A stretch of DNA of 64,000 nucleotides from a candidate division FCPU426 bacterium (GTDB taxonomy: Bacteria; Oederibacteriota; Muellerivitia; Muellerivitales; Muellerivitaceae), in contig CAWKAR010000028.1 in the NCBI GenBank assembly GCA_963847625.1, positions 1 to 64,000 of the forward strand, in the 5' to 3' direction. Shown piece by piece: positions 52,001 through 61,951 of the stretch. The position numbers were made by a program, and so were the translations under genes. Numbering within the stretch: position 1 is the first letter of the stretch; each line of letters opens with the position of its first letter. The notes below the pieces were generated by a model. It was not told the DNA's origin. It was given only the letters and a program-made list of their open reading frames with translations, and made no database searches.

Positions 52001-52327
52001 ATCACCCCTATTTTAACCCCAACCCTTCCCCCCACCCCCTATCCGGTGGGACCGGTCCTGGTCTATCCGAACCCTGTGACGAACCTCGGTCCAGTTCAAA
52101 TCCAACTCGCGTTGGGCCAGGCGGCTAATGATGTCAGCGTTTCCGTATTCACGATTGTCTTCCGCAAGGTCAACCAGGTGGATTACGGTCCCCAGCCGGC
52201 TAAAACCCTGACATTGCCCTTGGCGCTTCAAGACCAATGGGGCGTACCCCTGGCCAACGGTTTTTATTATCTCGTCGTGAAAACTCCTGGGGGAAAACGA
52301 GTCGGAAAATTGATTGTTTTGCGGTAA
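49082..52327 (+). CDS. Secreted GH74/BNR-like double beta-propeller with T/P linker and T9SS-like C-terminal domain
   Basis: Signal peptide, IGGGG...CDMGGIYRS, many S.D.G.TW Asp-boxes, SDIGL, ~240-aa Thr/Pro linker, VYPNP...ANGFYYL...KLIVLR. Confidence 0.82.
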   Translation: MWQMKTRSCLFLILASIPPLLQAQTWTNMGIGGGGAQFAPSFSYLDPNLLFLQCDMGGIYRSTNNGTNFTMVGYTQFDSSTDYPNGACPIGYDPNNANNLWAFGEQNDDTGGSLLKSTDEGVHWSYAVQPAWGNNYRITRIVLDRGNSNFIVLGADSGAYYSTNGGTSWNACSGVDGYVWDIVIDQSSSVGNRTVYIGSDVDAYAGTGGGVFKGTNVNTGGAFAAANTGLPGAALTGFSGASLSSPATVVLYAVYDGGGGSGSGGTDIYRSLNGAANWTLAYAGSNTDGFNKIECAEGSPATAYTINNSSSETEGVWKTTDYGSTWTNVFLPSTSGGNVTLGWCDYDIVFQEGAAWIQLKVDPANPNRVSATDLDCSYETTDGGATWSEIYSTFADTPPIGAGKKWSTRGLEVTTSWHYYISPWSPATHYIAQSDIGLQRSTDSGNTWYHSIPFSTAWHNTLYELAFNSGTSVIYAAASNQHDIPHSTQIGRAPGAGGVLQSVNNGVSWSSVSTGLPTLPATSILRDATTGNLYVAMWGNATSGTQGGVYMSTNNGTSWTAMNTGLGNTPNFHAYQLKEDSSGNLYCLISGYDVGGTWVAGGIWKYPKGGTTWSCLTANGDGTGVPLYYLQGFDIDSSGTTIYAASMKWGSPTQKGMYRSTNGGASWTHPITTFPGTVNPIDGFCPSVNPNNSSDVYLGTEDEGLWESLDGGNTWSQITGVPFLNTHRVFFDPATGNRYLTTFGSSAWKLASGGIPTVTPTSTSNLTSTSTPTRTVSSTPTPTATPTVTGPTTSTATSTPTGTPTFTPTGTSTYTSTVTVTPTLSPTTTSSLTSTRTPTSTPTGTNTPSATASPSFTATRTASPSATPTSTGTPTSTPTRTATRTPTMTATPTPSPATTPSLTPTRTPTSSPTGTNTPSATISPTFTATRTATPTPTISNTFTPSSTFTLTPTFTATPSPTDTLTPTVTPTGTITPILTPTLPPTPYPVGPVLVYPNPVTNLGPVQIQLALGQAANDVSVSVFTIVFRKVNQVDYGPQPAKTLTLPLALQDQWGVPLANGFYYLVVKTPGGKRVGKLIVLR

Positions 52328-52409
52328 TCCCAAAACATTCCAAAGGTTTTGGGTCAAACTTAGGCAACCGTTCTTGAAATCTTTTGGATACCTGGATTTT
52401 GTGTTCCGG

Positions 52410-53777
52410 TTATAAGCGGCCCAATTCCCAGCGGAGGGCTTGTTCCAGGTCGGGATAGAGGAAAGTAAAACCATCCTGGGTCAAACGGGAAGGCATGACC
52501 TTCTGGCTCTCCAGAAGCAAAGTCTCCCCCATTTCCCCAAACAACGCCTTAACCACGCTCCCGGGCATGGATAACAACGAAGGCCGGCTCATGACCTTTC
52601 CGAGGATTTTCACGAAATCCCCGTTTCTCACGGGATTGGGAGCGGTGGCGTTGACCGGGCCCGAGAGATTTTCGGAATAGATCAAATGATGGATGACTCC
52701 GATAAGGTCCTCCATGGAAATCCAACTCATCCATTGATTCCCTTTCCCAATGGCCCCTCCCAATCCCCGCCGAAGGGGCGCAAGCATCTTGGGTAAGGCG
52801 CCACCCAAGGGGGATAATACAATTCCGGTACGCAGATGCGCGACCGCGATGCCGGCTTTTCGGGCGGGTTCCGCGGCGTCTTCCCACTCCTGGCAGACTT
52901 CCGGCAGGAATCCCCGCCCCGCGGGGCTTTCCTCGGTCAACTCCTCATCTTCCCTGTTTCCGTAATAACCGATGGCGGAAGCCACGATCAGGACCTTAGG
53001 CGGGTTCCTCAGTCCGGCGAGGACTTCAGCCAGAAAGCGGGTGCCTTTCACGCGGCTATTCCGGATTTCATCTTTTTTATTCTTCGTCCACTTCCCCGCG
53101 CCGATATTCTCGCCCGCCAGATGGATCACCGCGTCGTGGCCTTCCATCTCATTGGGGGCCAACTGCCGGCTGTAGGGATCCCAAAAGATTTCGCTGCTTT
53201 CGGGTTTCGGCATGCGGCGGACCAGGTGCCGGACCAGGTGGCCGGCGCAATTGAGGAACAGGTCCAACTCGGAGCCGATCAACCCGGAGGCTCCGCTGAT
53301 GGCGATCTTCAAAAGCCCCCTGTCCGAGAAGGGGAAGTAACGGCTCAAGTCATTCTGGGTGCGCTGGTGGCGGAAATTGAAAAGCCGGTCCAGTTTTTTC
53401 CCGACGATTCCCCCCATGGCCAATACGCCCAACGGCCCCAGGGGCGGCTCATACTCGACCCGGTCGGTGATGAGGCAGGTGTTATCGGTTTCCGGCAGGA
53501 ATTGGTGGGTATGGGTCCATTTCGGGAGAGGGGCCTGCACCGTCTCGTCGCATAGGAGTTTTCCCCCGGAAAAGTCGCTTTGGATTCCCACCAAGCGGCG
53601 GGTGAACAGGCCATGGCGGTTCTCCAAAATCAGGCGGCCGACATCCGACGATCCGACGGAAGGATGGTATTTTTCCAAAGGGAAGCTTAAACGCCGGAAA
53701 ACGGAAAGCCGGTTGTGCCAGGAAAATAGAACCTTGGCCGAGGCATCGATACGGGTTTTTTTTACGAAATAAAGCAT
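52410..53777 (-). CDS. TIGR01777/YfcH-like NAD-dependent epimerase with N-terminal SRPBCC domain
   Basis: ISGASGLIG, HLAGENI, SAIGYYG, LRTGIVL and GPVNATAP motifs; N-terminal WTHTHQF...DRVEY. Confidence 0.9.
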   Translation of the reverse strand: MLYFVKKTRIDASAKVLFSWHNRLSVFRRLSFPLEKYHPSVGSSDVGRLILENRHGLFTRRLVGIQSDFSGGKLLCDETVQAPLPKWTHTHQFLPETDNTCLITDRVEYEPPLGPLGVLAMGGIVGKKLDRLFNFRHQRTQNDLSRYFPFSDRGLLKIAISGASGLIGSELDLFLNCAGHLVRHLVRRMPKPESSEIFWDPYSRQLAPNEMEGHDAVIHLAGENIGAGKWTKNKKDEIRNSRVKGTRFLAEVLAGLRNPPKVLIVASAIGYYGNREDEELTEESPAGRGFLPEVCQEWEDAAEPARKAGIAVAHLRTGIVLSPLGGALPKMLAPLRRGLGGAIGKGNQWMSWISMEDLIGVIHHLIYSENLSGPVNATAPNPVRNGDFVKILGKVMSRPSLLSMPGSVVKALFGEMGETLLLESQKVMPSRLTQDGFTFLYPDLEQALRWELGRL

Positions 53778-53996
53778 AGCTTCCAGGCTCCGAATCCCGC
53801 CCCATTTTTCGGGTCAAGTTGAAAAAAGAATCGCCATCCGGCATCAACCGGATGGCGATGTTTGTGATTATAGCGGAAATCCTATAGGACCGCTCCTTTG
53901 CTTTCCCTTTTTGAGGTTGAGAAGCTCCTGGAGGCGGTCTTTCCCAGGAAGAATTCTTCACACGCTACCGGGGTAAAGGATGCACCTCAATCGGTA

Positions 53997-54554
53997 TTAC
54001 TTCCCGCTGTCGGGGTTGTCCTTTTCACCGGGCGCCGGCTTTTGTCCCTTATTTCCGGCCTTCCGGTTTTTCCATTGTTTTGACCACTTCCCCAACATTT
54101 CCCGTCCTTTTTCCCTCATCCCCAGAACGAACTTCGCCTGCTGGGTGGGGGTCAATATGGAACGAAGCTTGTCCTGCAGCTTCTGACGGTCCTCTTGCAT
54201 TTTCTTTTGATCCGCCCTCAGGGAATCCAAAACCTTTTTCAAATCCCCGTCCGAAGCCTTCGAATCGACCTTTTGTTTCAGGGTATCCATGTCTATTTTC
54301 ATCTGGTCCCATACCAGTTTCATGTCATCCTTTTGTTTTTGAAACAGGGCCTTTAACTGGCCGGCCTGCGCGTCGCTAAGTTCCAATTTTTCCTTCCACT
54401 TGTCGATGTGCCCGCCCATTCCTCCCATTAAATCCTGGGACATTCCCGCTTGTGCCTCTTCCCCGGCCGGGGCCGGTTTGCCGGCCCAAGCCATCAGGGT
54501 TGGCCCTAACAGTAGTGCCGTAAAGACTCCGGCCCATATCGTTGTCTTATTCAT
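53997..54554 (-). CDS. Spy/CpxP-family periplasmic protein
   Basis: Signal peptide; LELSDAQ and ILTPTQQ (LTxxQ) motifs. Confidence 0.85.
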   Translation of the reverse strand: MNKTTIWAGVFTALLLGPTLMAWAGKPAPAGEEAQAGMSQDLMGGMGGHIDKWKEKLELSDAQAGQLKALFQKQKDDMKLVWDQMKIDMDTLKQKVDSKASDGDLKKVLDSLRADQKKMQEDRQKLQDKLRSILTPTQQAKFVLGMREKGREMLGKWSKQWKNRKAGNKGQKPAPGEKDNPDSGK

Positions 54555-54702
54555 CTTTTTTCTCCTTTGAAAATTTCAACCCGCAAAAAACCCATCATGT
54601 GTTTGAATACGGCTCCTGGGTTTAGACGTTTCCAAATCGGGCGAGTGCCGGCAAACCGTTCCGAGAATTGCAATATTTGTGTGATTTGAGTCTTGGAATA
54701 TA

Positions 54703-55203
54703 TTATTCAGCGATGTACTTTCCGATATTGACCCGGTTGGCAATGGCTCCCTGAACGTATTCTTCGGCTAGCTTGGCTTTGGGTGTGTTGCGCGGCGCCA
54801 GTTCCAGGTACTTTTTCCAGCACTCCACCGCCTTGTCCTTGTATCCCCGGTTCAGGTAGATTCCCCCCAGCGCAAAATGCACGTCGATATGGTTGGGATC
54901 GAGCAGGAATACCCTCTCGTATTCCACCATGGCCTCCTCCCACCACATTTTGGCGTAATAGGCATTGCCGAGGTGGAAATGCGCGGAGGAATTCTCGGGC
55001 CTCAGGGACACGGCCCGTGTGCATTCCTTGACCGATTCATCGTAATGGCCCGTCTTAAACAAGACAATTCCCAGATTCAACTGGGCTGGAAAATAGGTGG
55101 GGTCGAGTTTGAGGGCTTCCCGGTAAAGCTCTTCCGCGCCGGATAAATCCTGTTCCTTATACAGTTGAACAGCTTGCTTGTTGAGTTCCGCAGCGTTGGA
55201 CAT
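54703..55203 (-). CDS. TPR-repeat protein
   Basis: Four 34-aa TPR units. Confidence 0.9.
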   Translation of the reverse strand: MSNAAELNKQAVQLYKEQDLSGAEELYREALKLDPTYFPAQLNLGIVLFKTGHYDESVKECTRAVSLRPENSSAHFHLGNAYYAKMWWEEAMVEYERVFLLDPNHIDVHFALGGIYLNRGYKDKAVECWKKYLELAPRNTPKAKLAEEYVQGAIANRVNIGKYIAE

Positions 55204-55287
55204 TCAAACCCCTGACAAAACGGTCGACAGCCGGCGATGGAAGAGTTTAAAACTCGCAGGCGGTAAATCGTTGACTATCGATTGGTT

Positions 55288-56163
55288 TTAAGGAATCACC
55301 TTATTGAGGGGATATTCCACGATCCCCTCGGCGCCTTCGTCCTTGAGCTTGGGAATGATCTCGCGAACGATCTTTTCGTCCACTACCGTATCCACGTCCA
55401 CCCAGTCCTTGTCGGTGAGGTCCGCGATGGTGGGGGAATTCATGGCCGGAAGGACCTTCAGCACCTTCTTCAATTTGGCGCGCGGGACGTTCATCTTCAG
55501 TCCCACCTTTTCCTCAGCCGCCAAGGCCCCCTTCAAGAGCAGGACCATATCCCCCGCCTTCTTCCTCTTCCAAGCGTTGGCCCAGGAGGCCTTATTGGCA
55601 ATCACCACGGTGTTGGATTCCAGCACCGTTTCCAGGATTACCAGATTGTTGGCCTTGAGGGAGGACCCCGTCTCGGTCACCTCGATGATGGCATCAGCCA
55701 ATTCGGGCGGTTTGGCCTCGGTGGCTCCCCAGGAAAATTCCACTTGCGCCTTCACGCCTTTCTTTTTCAAATACTCCCTGGATACGTTCACCAGTTCGGT
55801 GGCGATCTTCTTTCCTTGGAGATCCTTGGCCGACTTGATCTTCGATCCGGCGGGCACGGCCAGCACCCAACGCACAGGACGAAGCCCTTGTTTCGCGTAG
55901 ATGAGTTCGGCCACTTCCACCACGTCCGAACTGTTTTCCCTCACCCAATCCCTTCCGGTGATGCCGATATCCAGTGTGCCGTCCTCCACATACCGGCTCA
56001 TTTCCTGCGCCCGAATGAGCATGGGTTTCATTTCGGGATCGTCGACGGAGGGAAAGTAGGAGCGCGATGTGGACGAGATCTTATAACCCGCCTTGGCGAA
56101 GAGGTGGAATGTGGATTCCTGGAGACTTCCCTTGGGGAGGCCCAATTTAAGGACGTTGGACAT
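55288..56163 (-). CDS. hisG: ATP phosphoribosyltransferase (long form)
   Basis: [32 protein letters not shown] and C-terminal regulatory domain. ATG 56163 preferred. Confidence 0.96.
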   Translation of the reverse strand: MSNVLKLGLPKGSLQESTFHLFAKAGYKISSTSRSYFPSVDDPEMKPMLIRAQEMSRYVEDGTLDIGITGRDWVRENSSDVVEVAELIYAKQGLRPVRWVLAVPAGSKIKSAKDLQGKKIATELVNVSREYLKKKGVKAQVEFSWGATEAKPPELADAIIEVTETGSSLKANNLVILETVLESNTVVIANKASWANAWKRKKAGDMVLLLKGALAAEEKVGLKMNVPRAKLKKVLKVLPAMNSPTIADLTDKDWVDVDTVVDEKIVREIIPKLKDEGAEGIVEYPLNKVIP

Positions 56164-56557
56164 TTCTTCATTCCTTTGGAACGTAGTTTCCGCAAAATCC
56201 CAAGATATTAAACAGTGACTCCGGGGGTTCTTCGCGCCCCCGTGACGGAATTGAAGTTTCGTTGATGCCACTTAATTTAACAGCCTGTTTCAAGCTTTGG
56301 CAAGGTTTGTTTGGCGGTTGAGTATTTGAATTCCTCATGCGCCAGATTGTATTAAAAGCAAAGACTTCCTCCTCCATGCGATTAAAAGGGATAAACCGTT
56401 GATTTTCCCAAGCGCCTTTTGTTTGCCCAAGAATTGATTATTTTAAACGGTGGTTAAATGCCTGTTTGTTACGGACATTTAACGATACCCGAACCTTTAA
56501 CACTGGCCGATGCTTTTGGTATGCTAGCCCCTCAAACGTCCGAGGAGAAAAAAGCTC

Positions 56558-57649
56558 TTGGAAACAATTGCCGACTTTTACAACCTAACCCGCGAGGAAA
56601 TAACCGGCCTGTTAATGAAATGGGGGTCCCCCCGTTATACAGGGGGCCAGGTTTTCCAGTGGCTTTACCGGAAAAAAGCCGGAAGCTTCGGGGAAATGTC
56701 CGACCTGCCCAAGAGCCTGCGGGAGGAACTCTCCTCAAAAGCGCTTCTCACCCCCCTGGCGCCGGTGGAGAAACAGGTGTCCTCGGACGGCACGCTCAAG
56801 TATCTTTGGAGGCTGGGGCCCGATTCCCAGGGCCGGTCGCCACTGGTGGAAAGCGTACTCCTTCCCATGTCGCAGGAGGAGGGCGGGGATCCCGGCTATT
56901 ACACGCACTGCCTTTCCACCCAGGTCGGGTGCCGCATGAAATGCGCCTTTTGCGCCACGGGGGTTCCCAAGTTCCGTCGGAACCTCTCCACGGGCAAGAT
57001 CATCGCCCAAATTCTCGGTATGGAACGGGACTCCAATATCCGGTTCAACAACGTGGTAGTCATGGGTATGGGCGAGCCCCTGGACAATTACGAGGCCACG
57101 GAAAAGGCCATGCGCATCCTGCATGATCCCGAGGGCCTGGGACTGGGCCGGCGCCGGATCACCCTTTCCACTTCGGGCCTGATGGAACCCCTGAAGCGCT
57201 TCATCAAGGACGATTGGCCGGTTTCCCTGGCTCTTTCCCTTCACAGCGCGGACCAGGAAGTCCGCGACCGTCTCATGCCCGTCAGCCGGTCCAACCCCCT
57301 GAGCCGGTTGAAAAAACTGCTTCGGCAGTTCACCTTTGTGCGGCGCCTGCCTGTCACCCTGGAGTACATCCTGCTGAAGGGGGTTAACGACCGTCCCCAG
57401 GACGCGGAAAAGCTGGCCGCCTACTGCAAGGACCTGCTTTGCAAGGTGAACCTGATCCGCTACAATCCCGTCCCCTCGCTTCCCTTCGTTTCACCCGGGG
57501 AGGAACAAGTTCAGGCCTTCAAGAATGACTTGAGAAAACGCGGTCTGAAGGTATTTTTAAGGGAAAGAAAAGGCGCGGATATCGCGGCGGCCTGCGGCCA
57601 GTTGGGGTTTGAGAACGCCTCCGTGGCCCAAAAACAAGGCAGGTCCTGA
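56558..57649 (+). CDS. rlmN: 23S rRNA m2A2503 methyltransferase (radical SAM)
   Basis: STQVGCRMKCAFCATG, MGMGEPL, SLH and AACGQL motifs. Confidence 0.95.
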   Translation: METIADFYNLTREEITGLLMKWGSPRYTGGQVFQWLYRKKAGSFGEMSDLPKSLREELSSKALLTPLAPVEKQVSSDGTLKYLWRLGPDSQGRSPLVESVLLPMSQEEGGDPGYYTHCLSTQVGCRMKCAFCATGVPKFRRNLSTGKIIAQILGMERDSNIRFNNVVVMGMGEPLDNYEATEKAMRILHDPEGLGLGRRRITLSTSGLMEPLKRFIKDDWPVSLALSLHSADQEVRDRLMPVSRSNPLSRLKKLLRQFTFVRRLPVTLEYILLKGVNDRPQDAEKLAAYCKDLLCKVNLIRYNPVPSLPFVSPGEEQVQAFKNDLRKRGLKVFLRERKGADIAAACGQLGFENASVAQKQGRS

Positions 57650-57650
57650 A

Positions 57651-58634
57651 ATGCAACCACCAACCCCGTATGGTTCCTGGACACCCGCCGAGAAAAGATT
57701 GCTTCAAAAAGCCCTGGTCCTTTTAGGCGGGTTCACCCTCATCACCCTCATCGCCGGTTCGGGCGCCATGTTTTTCATGAGGCGTCACCAACCCATGATC
57801 GTGCCGAAAATCATCGGCCTCGACCAGACCCAGGCGGAAAAGTTGGTGTCGTCCAAGGGTCTGGGGCTAAAAATCATCCGTTCCCAATACGATGAGCACG
57901 TGCCAGCCGGGCTGGTGAGCGAGCAGATTCCAAAGGCCAACAACTACGCCAAAAGGGGCCAGGTGATGGAAGCGGTCATCAGCAAGGGGAATCCCATGGT
58001 CAAGATCCCCCAGGTCGCGGGGATGTCCTTCCAAGAGGCTCAAATCCAGCTCGCGGCGAACCGCTTGAGGGTGGGCCGCGAATCCATGATTTCAACCCTG
58101 TCCGAACCCAAGGATTCGGTCATGGCCCAGGTTCCCGAACCCGGGACAACGGTGGAATCCTTCTCGGAAGTGGATCTGCTGGTATCCGCCGGGCCGCAAG
58201 ACCCGGCTTACGTGATGCCGGACATGAAAAATCAGCCGTTGGAAAAGGCCTTCAAGGCGTTGAGACCCGTTGGCATCACCATCGAGAAAATCACCAGCGA
58301 AGTCCACGACGACCTGGACTCGGAAATCATCCTTTCCCAAACGCCCGCCGCCGGGGTCAAGATCCAGCCCAAGGATTCCGTTTCCTTCGTGGTCAGCGCC
58401 AAGTCCGGCGAGGGGGACCTCAAGGCCCGTTACGCCAAGGTTTCCTACGACATGCCCGAAGGCAGCCCCAAACGCCTGCAGATCGACGTCTTCGACAGCT
58501 CCGGCACCCGCACCATCTATAACCGGATGGAATCACCCAAGGACCACGTGGAAGTGGGTGTCAGCGTGACCGGCAAGGCCTCTGCGCAGATCTACCTCAA
58601 CCAGCAGTTCATGAAGGAAATACCCATTGACTGA
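57651..58634 (+). CDS. Membrane-anchored triple-PASTA domain protein
   Basis: One TM helix followed by three PASTA repeats (VPKIIG, IPQVAG, MPDMKN); no kinase domain. Confidence 0.88.
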   Translation: MQPPTPYGSWTPAEKRLLQKALVLLGGFTLITLIAGSGAMFFMRRHQPMIVPKIIGLDQTQAEKLVSSKGLGLKIIRSQYDEHVPAGLVSEQIPKANNYAKRGQVMEAVISKGNPMVKIPQVAGMSFQEAQIQLAANRLRVGRESMISTLSEPKDSVMAQVPEPGTTVESFSEVDLLVSAGPQDPAYVMPDMKNQPLEKAFKALRPVGITIEKITSEVHDDLDSEIILSQTPAAGVKIQPKDSVSFVVSAKSGEGDLKARYAKVSYDMPEGSPKRLQIDVFDSSGTRTIYNRMESPKDHVEVGVSVTGKASAQIYLNQQFMKEIPID

Positions 58635-58666
58635 CGAAACGGAAACTTTTGGGAGGATCAAACCTC

Positions 58667-60049
58667 CTAGATCAACGGGCCCAAAACCCTTCCCAGGCCC
58701 TCGGCCAGGTCCCGCCAATAACCCACCTTGGATTCGGGCTTTCCCGCTTCTTGGAACTGTTTTTGGAACCAATGTTCCAAAGCTTCCAAGGGAGCACCTG
58801 AGCGGATCATGACACCAACCTCGTAATTCAAGAGGAGGCTCCTCATATCGAAATTGGCCGAACCCAGGATGGCGTATTTCCCATCCACCAACACGGCTTT
58901 GGCGTGCATCATTCTCTCGACCAGCGCTGTTTGGCAGCCCGACTTCAGGAGATCCCGCAGGTAAGTTCCCCGGGCCAGGTCAGCGAGGAAATGGTTCGAT
59001 TTCCGCGGAACCAACACCCGCACGTCGACGCCCCTCCGGGCCGCCAGTTTCAACGCCATGTTCAGGGCGTCATCCGGGATGAAGTAAGGGGTGGCGATCC
59101 AGATTCTTTTCGACGCCTGGTAGATCAGGGAGATCAGGGTGTCGTAAAGGGGGTCCCATAGGACGTCCGGCCCCGCGGCGATGACCTGCAGATTGGATTC
59201 CCCGGGCGCCTCCGGGCCCTCCGTTGTTTCCCGGCCCGGCTTTTCCCCCGTGGCGAACTTCCAGTCCTCACTGAAAATGGCTTCCATGTCCCGGACACAG
59301 GAACCCTCGGCCTCCAGACAAAGGTCAATCCAGCGGCCGGGATCGGGCGTGGGTCCGATGTATTCTTTCGCGATATTCATTCCACCCAGTAGGGCTTTCT
59401 GAGAGTCGACTATCAGGAGTTTCCGGTGGTAGCGCAAGTTGGCCCTTCCCCGCAGGGGCATGTGGATGACGGGGTTGAAAAAAACGGCCTGACCCCCTTT
59501 TGACCTTAATCCTTTAAAGGAAGGGTGTCTCACCATGAAAGAACCTAGCGAATCCAAAAGCAAGCGCACCTGGACTCCCTGCTCCGCCTTTTTTTCAAGG
59601 AGTTCCGTAAGAGCCCGTCCCACCGGATCATCAGCAAAAATAAAAGTCGTCAGATGGATCCTATGGCGGGCCGACTCGATGAGTTCGACGATTTCCGCGT
59701 AGGCATCCTCCCCCTTCAGGATCAACCGGGCTTTTTGCCCGGGCCAGGCCGGAGGCAGGCCCAACCCGGCCAGGAGCTTATCCACCATGCCCTCCTGCCG
59801 GGGGATTTCCTCAGGATTGGGCTGATACAAGGTCTTCTTCCTGCGCAAACGGGTCTGAAACTTACGGTCAGCCAGGAGGACGTAAAGAGGTATCCCGATA
59901 TAAGGGACCAGCACGATGAATAACAGCCAGGCCAGGGTATTGCCGGGAGGACGTTTGGAACGCAGGACGAAAGACACGAAGAGGATAGTCAAAAGAAAAA
60001 TCAGGATCAGGAAAATTTGACCCAAAGGCCAGGTGAATACTCTCGGCAT
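58667..60049 (-). CDS. cls: Cardiolipin synthase (PLD family)
   Basis: Two N-terminal TM helices; HRKLLIVD and HAKAVLVD HKD motifs; GSANFDMRS. Confidence 0.92.
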   Translation of the reverse strand: MPRVFTWPLGQIFLILIFLLTILFVSFVLRSKRPPGNTLAWLLFIVLVPYIGIPLYVLLADRKFQTRLRRKKTLYQPNPEEIPRQEGMVDKLLAGLGLPPAWPGQKARLILKGEDAYAEIVELIESARHRIHLTTFIFADDPVGRALTELLEKKAEQGVQVRLLLDSLGSFMVRHPSFKGLRSKGGQAVFFNPVIHMPLRGRANLRYHRKLLIVDSQKALLGGMNIAKEYIGPTPDPGRWIDLCLEAEGSCVRDMEAIFSEDWKFATGEKPGRETTEGPEAPGESNLQVIAAGPDVLWDPLYDTLISLIYQASKRIWIATPYFIPDDALNMALKLAARRGVDVRVLVPRKSNHFLADLARGTYLRDLLKSGCQTALVERMMHAKAVLVDGKYAILGSANFDMRSLLLNYEVGVMIRSGAPLEALEHWFQKQFQEAGKPESKVGYWRDLAEGLGRVLGPLI

Positions 60050-60285
60050 TAAAACCCCCGGAAAAGAAGAATGTTAATATGGCCGTTACAGCTTCACTAT
60101 TATCGCCAAAGGCCGGGGTGTTTGCACCAGGTGAAAAGAGTACCCATTTGCAAATTAAGAACAGATTGGGTATGAAAATGAAAGTGAGGGGAATCCAGCG
60201 AAATCATCCAGGATGCCTGAACGCTTTCCCTGGATTCGCGAAGAAGAAAGAAAGATTGAAAAGAAAACCGGCTCTGGGCTGATTT

Positions 60286-60660
60286 TTATAAGGCGAAAAC
60301 GCTATTTCCCGTTCCGGCATGATTGTTCTTGGCGCGGGCTTCCTTTTCCATTTCCATATCCAAACGGACATGGTAAAGATTCCGGGAAGATTCGATAACC
60401 AGGTGCATCAGTTTCAACAGGATATGTTCGCAAGCACTCCCCGAATCGAGCTGATGTCCCAAATTGTGAAGCTCCTCCAAGACGGGCCCCGCCCATTGAA
60501 TCCGGCGTTCCTTCGCCTTTACGGCCCAGGCTTCCATGTTTTTCATGAAAGCCCTGAGTTCCAGGGAATTGCCGGCGTTGTTCAAGGCCACCTGCGTGCC
60601 CAGGGTATTCAGGTCTTTTTCCATCTGCTCGAGCCACTCATCCGGAGTGAGGTTCATCAC
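60286..60660 (-). CDS. Hypothetical helical-bundle protein (Hpt-like, degenerate)
   Basis: 124 aa, all-helical pattern, GGGAGAG RBS; lacks the canonical H.LKG histidine. Confidence 0.55.
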   Translation of the reverse strand: MMNLTPDEWLEQMEKDLNTLGTQVALNNAGNSLELRAFMKNMEAWAVKAKERRIQWAGPVLEELHNLGHQLDSGSACEHILLKLMHLVIESSRNLYHVRLDMEMEKEARAKNNHAGTGNSVFAL

Positions 60661-60782
60661 ACTCTCCCATTTTGATTTTTACCGAAAGCCCCTTCGGTGC
60701 CACAAAAAACAAGACCTGAAACCAAAAATGCCTTTGTTTCACTTTGGCCCACTTGGTGTTAAACAGGTTTTGCCGCAAATTT

Positions 60783-61253
60783 TTAAGGTTCTTGGAGACC
60801 TAACAAGACACGGACCAAATCGGATGCCTCCTTCACCGGTACGGTCTTGTCCACAAACCAGGTTTCACGGTCCTCCTTGAATTCCAGCAAGAGTTGCGGC
60901 GTGATATTTCCGGTCAAGGCAAGGATGGGTTTACCCGGAATCCTGATAACAGCCCTCGCTTCCTTCAGGAAGACGTCTCCGGTTAACCCCTGGGTTTCCA
61001 GATCCAGGACAATGAGGTCAAAATTTTCTTTAATCATGGTTAACAGGGCGGGACCCACCTTGGATATTTCAAGGATTTCACAGTGACCCAGGGCCCGGTG
61101 GATAAACTTCAAAGCGAAATCCCTGACCTCCTCCCGATCCTGTACCAACAGGATTCGGGGAAACGCTTTATCCCTTGGCTCCCCCTTCACTCGGGTCGGA
61201 GTCTTGGCCAAGCGCTTCGGCGGTTTTTTTTCCTTATCGATATTCACGATCAT
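60783..61253 (-). CDS. Single-domain response regulator (atypical)
   Basis: ILLVQD, DLIVLDL, PILALTG and FVDK motifs; GGGAGG RBS. Confidence 0.8.
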   Translation of the reverse strand: MIVNIDKEKKPPKRLAKTPTRVKGEPRDKAFPRILLVQDREEVRDFALKFIHRALGHCEILEISKVGPALLTMIKENFDLIVLDLETQGLTGDVFLKEARAVIRIPGKPILALTGNITPQLLLEFKEDRETWFVDKTVPVKEASDLVRVLLGLQEP

Positions 61254-61702
61254 AACCTTCCTCCCACGGCGCCGAACTGGCTCACCGCATTCTCATCTAC
61301 TCCCGCCGCGACTGTTCCAGGATGCCTGGGCTCTTTCAATTTCTTGGAAACGTGGTTTATCAAATGGATCAGTCGGTTACGGATATCGGACAATGGGAAC
61401 CCCTCCCGGACAAGTTCGTCGATTCGCCGGACCCGCTCCAAAAAAAGAAAGGGCAAAAAGTTTTTCCTTTCAGGGGCCCGGTTCAGCAACCCTTCCATTT
61501 CAAGGCAACCATTCATGAGTTCGCGTTGTTTGGGTTTACTGGCCCAAGACAAGCGTACGGAAAGAGAAACCAAACCCCTGTCCAAATCACTGGAGAAATT
61601 CAAGGTGGGTGTGATCATGGGGCGCTTAAATCTTTCTTTTGAATAGCAATCACCGAGTTTCCTATTGTCAAAGACATATGGTGGGTGTTGGGAGAGAGTC
61701 AT
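61250..61702 (-). CDS. Hypothetical protein
   Basis: ORF directly downstream of the sigma-54 motif, ATGA-coupled to the receiver gene. Start uncertain. Confidence 0.5.
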   Translation of the reverse strand: MTLSQHPPYVFDNRKLGDCYSKERFKRPMITPTLNFSSDLDRGLVSLSVRLSWASKPKQRELMNGCLEMEGLLNRAPERKNFLPFLFLERVRRIDELVREGFPLSDIRNRLIHLINHVSKKLKEPRHPGTVAAGVDENAVSQFGAVGGRL

Positions 61703-61743
61703 GGATTTGGAGTTGAGAAAGTTTTTTCTTTCTATTGATTAAA

Positions 61744-61758
61744 GCAAGTGATATGCCA
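61744..61758 (-). promoter_or_regulatory. Sigma-54 (-24/-12) promoter
   Basis: Minus strand TGGCATATCACTTGC, near-consensus GG-N10-GC. Confidence 0.75.
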
Positions 61759-61824
61759 AGATTTTTAGGATGGAAAACGTTGGAAATATTGAGGTTTTTC
61801 AACAAAAGGAAGTTTAGGTTGGGT

Positions 61825-61853
61825 TGGTTATTACCCAAAATGAGTAATAACCA
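61825..61853. promoter_or_regulatory. Palindromic candidate enhancer (UAS)
   Basis: TGGTTATTAC-N9-GTAATAACCA perfect 10-bp inverted repeat, ~70-95 bp upstream of the -24 box. Confidence 0.55.
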
Positions 61854-61951
61854 TTTCAAAGTGAGAATTTAAAAGACAAATCAAAAAACTAGAAAAACTA
61901 GGAAAAATTGGCAATGGTTGAGGTTTATCCGCAGAAAATTTCTTGTTTGTA

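Noticed and set aside
56164..56271. N-terminal extension of HisG from the upstream GTG
   Set aside because: Homology starts at [13 protein letters not shown], which has its own AGGAA/GAAG purine-rich RBS.
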